DNA from: Trichoplax adhaerens
Lineage: Eukaryota > Animalia > Placozoa
Direction of reading: 5' to 3'
Assembly: GCF_000150275.1 (NCBI RefSeq)
Contig: NW_002060944.1
Coordinates: forward strand, 9,675,544 to 9,739,543
Length of the DNA stretch: 64,000 nucleotides
Shown: piece by piece, positions 57,080-64,000 of the stretch
Layout of the letters: each line of letters opens with the position of its first letter
Position numbering within the stretch: position 1 is the first letter of the stretch
Notes under the pieces: generated by a model
Databases searched by the model: none
What the model was told of the DNA's origin: nothing
What the model saw: the letters and a program-made list of their open reading frames with translations, nothing else
Position numbers and translations under genes: made by a program

Positions 57080-60000
57080 TTAGCTCATGTTGTAAAAATC
57101 AAAAGGTAGATCAATCTTCCCTTGAATTTCATTCCTAGAAAATAAAATGTATATTTCATTAGTAGTAATTAACGTTTAGTCATTGCTTACTGTCTGGTAA
57201 CCGAAAAATTATAATTTTTACCAAAATTCTTCTTGAATATAATAGAAGCATTTTGGTTTCTTGAATGAATTAAATTCGGTGGCCAGAACTAGTGAATAAG
57301 CTCCAAGTTCTGCGAATTCAATTGGGTAGTATGTATAGGTAGATGAGAGGAGAAAACAAAATAAAATGAAAATCAATATGGACTAGTAGCCATACTGTAC
57401 AGTATGCAAAGTAGACTCGACAAATCTCATGCCCATGTTGTATAGCACATATTGTTTAATTGAATAAGGTTTAACTGAATTTTTTACCTTCGAAATATAT
57501 CCAGTCACCAGCATTAAGCTAAATTTATAATTTAGAATTAAAAATAAAAATCAATAATATTAAATTGGTCCAAATACTCTTGTAATATTCTCTTTCAAGC
57601 TTGATCTAGAAGCATTATTTTATGTGGAATATAAATCTATTTTTATCATCAAAGATTTAAGCACCTTTGGTAAGGAACATTCATTTAACACAGATCGGAA
57701 CAATGACACGTTTGACCAAATAAAACTGCATTCGTTGTACCGTTCGTATTCTTCTTGACCGGCTTCAAAATAATTAGGGTAGGATCAAGAGTTATAAAGC
57801 CAATACTGCCATATACGCTCTCATTAACGTAATACAACACTTTCTAAAGATACAAAAAAGACATTTAATGTCGCAATTATTACAAAATAAGTATAAAATG
57901 ATCATCTGAACATGGATAAAATGTTAATTTTAGCAATCATAAATTTCCTTTGACATAAAGATTACCTCGATATCGCTTGTATTTTCATACAGATGAGCAT
58001 TTTCTATTTCGAGCAAGTTTAGAAATTATATTTGATTTAATTGTATGATAATTAATATATCAAATAGCACAAGTATCCATTTCATTTATTGTTGGAAGCT
58101 GTAGTTCATACCATGCTCCAAGTCAAATGGATCATTGTTTCCCTTTCGAACAACTCTTTTGCCAATTATATTCAGAACTATAGTATATGCTCTGGTGGGA
58201 AAGAAACGTCCTAAAAAACATACATATAAGAACATCATGTACAGTATTAGAAGTTATATAGATAAAACTATTATAAAACAAACAGTAATCATAGTCGCTT
58301 TATCTGGAGCTACCAAAAGCTACCGTGCGTCACTAGAATACTATCATTTAGTAATTATAACTAATTTACTACGACTATGTTTATCTAGATATGTCATCGT
58401 TAATTGATACATCTATCAATCGATCACAAAATCGTATTCCTTAAATAATGAAAAGGAGAACAGCGCACTTAATCCCAAAAATATGTAACGCATTATATTC
58501 GTATGTCATATCTTTGTCTTACCATATACATATTAGCGTAACTTATTGAACTAGAATGTTATCTCTAAAAATTCTACATTTTCTATGTTATGCATTAACA
58601 ACCTGGCTCTGCAATAATTCTAACACCCGATTCGGGAGGAAAATGTTCCTGTAATGCTTTACTAATAGTTACAGCGGCCTAAAATTGGGTAAACATGTTT
58701 CATTATTGCGTTTATAAAAATACTGTGTAACTAGTACACGCTATTCATATTTTCTATTATTTTCATTTCTTGTAACAATATCAAGAAGCATCTCAATAAT
58801 ATTACTAAGTATTGATAACTAACTTTTTCAAATGTCATTTCTAGAGCTGAAGAAGCAGTAAAACCTCCACCAATATCGAGTTCTTTAAAATGATAACCAA
58901 ACTTCTCCTGAACATTTAATTTTCGTAAAAACACACGTTAAAAGATAATACTCTCGTTTTCTGCTATGTTAAAGAAAAAGCGCGAATTTGATTAAGGAGA
59001 TGTGTATTAACTAACTGCTAGTTTAAAAATTTTTTTGGATGCTATTATTGCTTTTTCATAGCCAATTGGATTAAGGCAATCGCTTCCTACATGAAAACTA
59101 AGTAACAATAATCACTTTAAGTTGAAACATTAATGCAAGCCACCTTATCTACTGTAATAATTGTAATCACTGCTCTTACTCACCTTACGCCCATAACGTC
59201 TAATGATAAAGATCGAGCTACTTTTAATAAATGGGCTACATCACGTTCAGGTGCTCCAAATTTTATACCAAGCTAATTTTATATCATAATACGCAGTTTT
59301 TAGCAAGCAAAAATTGATCCATGCTTACGGCTATCTCTTTCGTTAAGGTTATTATCCGAAATAGTAGAAGATTTTTATTAGAATATTGTATATTAAGTAC
59401 CTGAAATCTACTTTCGCATGATTTCATATCAGGGCAAATTCTTAATGCCAGCCTGCGATGAATTAATGTTTGATAGTGTTACTGAAGACGTTTACGGTAA
59501 TACATATTGCGTCTAGCAAATTACTATTGCAAGTTTATTACAATTATCAGCGTAGTAGACGTAAGTTACAGAAAATTAAGCATGTTTTCTAATAATAGAT
59601 TATCGTTGAAATTGTATTGGTTTTTACTTACTTAGCATTTGGATGATATTTTTTGATTTTATGCAATTCGTCTTCATTATCAAACACTGTATGATTTATA
59701 TTGTTCTCCTTTGCAAATCTGACAAATAATAAAGTATGCTATGAAGCCTAATACCGCTTTGAGTATTATAAAGAACATGATTTTTATAGTTTTCTAACGT
59801 TTCAACGAGCCTAAAGAAGTCTGGATATCCTACTGTATAATTCTGACAGAAATTTAGCTTCAATTTATGTTTCACTTATTACCTTAGATGTGATACAGCC
59901 TTGATAGTATTGGCGTATACAATTCTATCCGGATGAACTCCCGCATCGAGTATTAATTGCATTTCAGCCTATGCAGAATAGAAATTAAGAATATGTCCAC

Positions 60001-61207
60001 ATAAGGTGTTATAATTTCATCATGTACCATAATCAATAGAAGAAGTTGGTCCTGAAAATGTACTTGTAATTCTATAGCAGAACTATTAGCGCAATAGATT
60101 GTGTTATAAATTTGCTAGTTAAAACTGCAAGTACGCGTATAATAAACATATTCGTCAACTTGATCATAGATTAACTATTAGCCGACTGTTATGCAGTTTA
60201 TGAACCTACCATGCTTGCACAGTCAAAATTAACTCCCAAGTTGATTAAGATACGTAGTAAGACTGGATCGTTATTGCATTTGACAGCTGGAAAAGGATCC
60301 AATTGGAGATAGGTAAAGATAAGATTAGCACGCTCGTTAGTGACAATAAGTTTATTCACTTGATTTACATTACTGGTAGAATCAATTGTCGCTCTATTTG
60401 TATCTTTAAACATGCTTCGTCAAGTCTACCTACCATAGAAGGGTTCAACATTAGGCAATCGCATTTTCCACTGATTATTATTTTAACCATTGCCGAGGAA
60501 ATAATGAGTACAATATTATCAAATTTTAATAAGAAAAATCACTACTTTGACTATCTATTTATATACTATCTCTTACTTGAATGTTACTGCTAATTAATTT
60601 TATCGTATCTAGGCAAATATTGACCCAAAATATTCTTACCTCACGATATCGTTCTATTATATTGCCGATGTTAACTAACATGAATGAATCGTCCTTAAAC
60701 TAATAAAAGCATTTTCATTAAAGGGTGGAGTAAATATAAATATCATGAGCACAAGTAGATGCAAAATAAAAGTAGGAATTATATAAGACGCGAAAATGTT
60801 GTTCTTCTTTTGATAACAGGAGTAATGATGATTGTAGAGAAATATAATTCAAAAACATTTTTAAACCTAGATGCGAAAATGTTGTTCTTCTCTTGACAAG
60901 AGTAATGATGATCGTAAGAAAAAAATTGAAATATCTCTAATAATAATAACAATTTTGAATGGATGAAGGATGTCTGCAAAACGCAGCGATTAATTCATAG
61001 CAACAATTCACTTTTATGATAGTACAGTACTGTACTCTTCATTTGGAATATGAAATGATTTTCCGTACGAGTTAATTGAACATGAAATCTAGTACGTTAA
61101 TATTATCAGGTCAATTATGATAAGTTTACCTGTTGGTCCATCGCTGTCGTTTTCTTTTCAATGAGTTCCTGTAGGGATAGATTAGGTACGATTTCCACAC
61201 GTTCCAT
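57080..61207 (-). CDS. Ornithine decarboxylase-family (fold-type III PLP) gene, 17 exons, ~430 aa if frame-corrected; 1-nt frameshift in exon 14 (possible pseudogene)
   Basis: Exons 61207-61130, 60693-60640, 60470-60434, 60286-60210, 59968-59883, 59718-59632, 59452-59401, 59272-59184, 59097-59016, 58907-58824, 58678-58603, 58210-58112, 58003-57966, 57843-57665, 57518-57488, 57309-57222, 57134-57080. Motifs: PFYAVKCN, FDCAS, KFGA, FHVGS, LDIGGGF, IAEPGRF, FGQTC, GDW, GAY, FNSF. Confidence 0.9.
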
Positions 61208-61554
61208 CCTGATGGCGTTATTGAATTGAATAGACGAGCTACACGTGTCAAAGTCTACGAAAAGATGGATTGATAGTGTGTCAATTGAAGAGAAATAAAT
61301 ATTCACGACCTTCATGGACTGTATGCTATTCACGACTATTCTTCTCCTTCAATTCATTAAGATCAAGATTACAATCTTTAGAAAATTACTGTATGATTAA
61401 GTCAGCGTAGGATTACTATACAAGTCATGCCTATAATTTTGAAGTTAATGTTGAGACTGGACGATGTTTGAAAGTGAATCCGTCAGCCACTAAGGCCACT
61501 TGCAAAGAGTAGAAAATCGACGATATTGCGGAATTCTATGCAACTATCTGGTTA

Positions 61555-62370
61555 TAGCTATCAAAAAACAAGAAATGATATCTTAATGGCTAAAATAGAT
61601 ATCCAGCAGTGTCATTACTAATAACTAGACAGCTGCTGCATATAATTATTAAATTTGCATATAATTATTAGTTTTGCAGTCAAAATTTCAAGTTCGAAAT
61701 TTACTAAAAGATCTGTAAGTGTACTTGCATATCGTTCCATCAAATATACATACTAAATTTATGGGTACAGCTAGCAAAAATATCTCATTGGCTAACATAG
61801 ATATCCAGCAGTGTCATTATGAATAATTACACAGCTGGTGCAATGAAATATTAGATTTGCAGCCAAAATTTTAAGTTGGAAATTTACAAAAGAGCTGTAA
61901 GTGTACTTGTATAACGTTCCATTAAATATATGTACTAAATTTTAGCATACGGTTTACTAACATAGTTAACCTGTAACATACTGTTGACTTACGAACTGTT
62001 TTGTTACTGCGGCATACCCTTGTTATGACACTAATAAATTACATAGTCAATATCCACATAGGATTTGCCTAAATGACTTTCGGTATTGCAGTGGGCATCA
62101 CTTTTATTCACTTTTAATGGAACTGACAATTGAAAATTTATGACTGAGGGGCCATAGCGATAGCTGCGCAAGATCATTTCTACATTTGAACCTGTTAGCG
62201 TATATTTAACGGAACGTTATGCAAGTACACTTACAGAAATTTTGGCTGCAAATCTATTAATTATATGCAAATCTAATAATTATATGGAGCAGCTGTGTAG
62301 TTATTAACAATGACGCTGCTGGATATCTATTTAGCCAATGAGATGTCATATCTTGTTTTTAGTAACTACT
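61555..62370. repeat. Foldback structure: two tandem ~200-bp units plus one inverted copy
   Basis: GATATCCAGCAGTGTCATT...CTGTAAGTGTACTTG occurs at ~61599 and ~61800. Its reverse complement (CAAGTACACTTACAG...AATGACGCTGCTGGATATC) lies at ~62195-62370. Confidence 0.85.
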
Positions 62371-63024
62371 GTATACCCAACCTTTTGATTTTCAGATAAT
62401 AACAATGCCTTTGGAGGAAAGCCCTGCTTTCTTTCGTATTTACCTTTGGTCATATGTGATTGTTTTTATCTGCGATAGGTTGCCGCTAACGCGAAGGTTA
62501 AATGCGTACAAATAGCAAAGACTACTGGATACTTTTCTAATACACATCAGAAAAGTATCAAGTACCGTCCCTACACTTTGCATTTTTGTACAGCAGGGAC
62601 AGGGACTATCGAATATCGCCCCTATACTTCGCATTTCTGTACCGTAACGTGTACGCTATAGTTTACAGTACAGCTATTAACAATGATATGGATAGCTAGG
62701 ATAGAGTTGAGAAAACAGTTTCCTAACTCTTCCCCTTCAAAAACAACATTCACAAACATTTATAAATAGTTCTTGGCAACAAGTTCCGTTGCAGATCGGC
62801 CGCGATCTGCTCAATTTAGCTTTAATAAAATCTTTTAACTGTCCGCAGCAACGGTCATATTTTTGAGTAACCTTATTTACCCCCACATATTTCCGTTCAT
62901 GTTTTTATCTTTCCCTGGCATCGTTATCCTTTCCCTCCAAATTCAAGGATGACTTCTAAATGGATCAAAAATTAGCGCATTATATAGAATTAAGGAACTA
63001 TGTGCTATATTATAAACTAATAAC

Positions 63025-63458
63025 CTGGTTCAGCAATAATTCTAACACCCAACTCCGGAGGGAAATATTTCTGTAATGCTTTACTAATAACTGCAGCTGC
63101 CTAAAATTTGGAAACACATATTTGTAAGTTAGAATTTCTCACATTGCAAAGTCAAATAAAGAATCTGTTAATCGATGCTATATTAAATTTTATATAATTA
63201 ACTTTCGCAAAGGTCGTTTCTAGGGCTGAAAAAGCTGTAAAACCTCCGCCAATATCAAGTAAATTAAAATGGTAGCCAAATTTCTCCTGAAAATGGATTA
63301 CATAAAAAAGGCAATAGGAAGCTATTAATATTATAGCATCAAAGTTACCTCATCTAAGAGATACTATTTAACTAACAGCTAATTTAAATATTTGCTTAGA
63401 CGTTATTATTCCTTTTTCATAGGCAATCGGAGTAAGGCAATCGCTTCCCACGTGAAAA
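63025..63458 (-). pseudogene. Partial second ODC-family paralog (3 exons)
   Basis: Exons 63458-63377 (FHVGSDCLTPIAYEK), 63286-63203 (LDIGGGF) and 63100-63025 (RIIAEP) have the same lengths (82, 84, 76 nt) and phases as exons 9-11 of the neighbouring gene. I found no downstream ODC exons before 61207. Confidence 0.75.
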
Positions 63459-64000
63459 CTACATTAAATAAAGTCTGGATTTAATGTTTCCCTTATCATA
63501 ATAAAATAATTTATTTTTAACATGTAATGAAATGAAAAGTGTAGAGATCAAGCTACAAAACTTTAGCAAACTTTGATTCTACTTTTGTTGCACTCCGGTC
63601 GACTTAACGAAACTTTGATACCAAATAAAATTTGGGGAAATAATCGAACAACAATTTATTACAAAAAAAATGGAGAGAAGTATAAACCGAACAACCTTAC
63701 AAATGCTTAAATTTAAGTATTAATAAAATAAGTGACAGGCTTAAAAACTGTCAATAGCCAAACAACCTTTCAAAAAGAAGAACGTTTTAACTTACGACAA
63801 TTCGACCCCAAAGGCCTTTTAAATTCAACAAGTTCTTCAAAATAATCTTCTACTCTCCTCTTAAATATTCTAATTGCGCTATCATTTATAGGCTTCGTAG
63901 AGCCGTCAGAGGTATTAAAACTAAATATTTACTAACCAATCGCTCTTAAGATCCATTTTAGAAAACTACTTGCACCATTAAGAAAACAAAAATCATCAAA

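Noticed and set aside
57685-57700. Antizyme-type +1 frameshift site
   Set aside because: The sequence is TCC GAT, not TCC TGA, and the shift required is -1. No canonical X XXY YYZ slippery heptamer is seen at this site.
61208-61560. AZIN/ODC-type non-AUG uORF ending in PPW
   Set aside because: No Pro-Pro-Trp-stop coding sequence is visible in the upstream minus strand, though the true leader exons are unknown.
62791-62810. 8-bp GC hairpin GCAGATCG-gccg-CGATCTGC
   Set aside because: It is an isolated short stem with no supporting context and could arise by chance.

Overview
AT-rich eukaryotic genomic DNA with many short GT-AG introns. Gene content and compactness suggest a basal metazoan, probably a placozoan such as Trichoplax (inference only). 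Most ORF-track entries are exon fragments or noise. Hand splicing gives seven genes: a Rab26/Rab37-type GTPase (+, 9 exons), TVP23/FAM18 (-), an intronless mitochondrial-type cyclophilin (+), UBFD1 (-, 7 exons), an ABCA3-like transporter (-), CEP112 (+, about 27 exons) and a 17-exon ornithine-decarboxylase-family gene (-). The ODC-like gene is one base short in exon 14, just after the catalytic Cys, and has His where ODC has Asp361. A second, 3-exon ODC fragment lies upstream of it. Non-coding structure includes two adjacent solo-LTR-like elements (one with a perfect 5-bp TSD), a hairpin-bearing 193-bp tandem array in a divergent promoter, a foldback element upstream of the ODC-like gene, and TACAG/CTGTA clusters at the 5' ends of most genes. 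The first ~10.5 kb has no recognisable coding gene.
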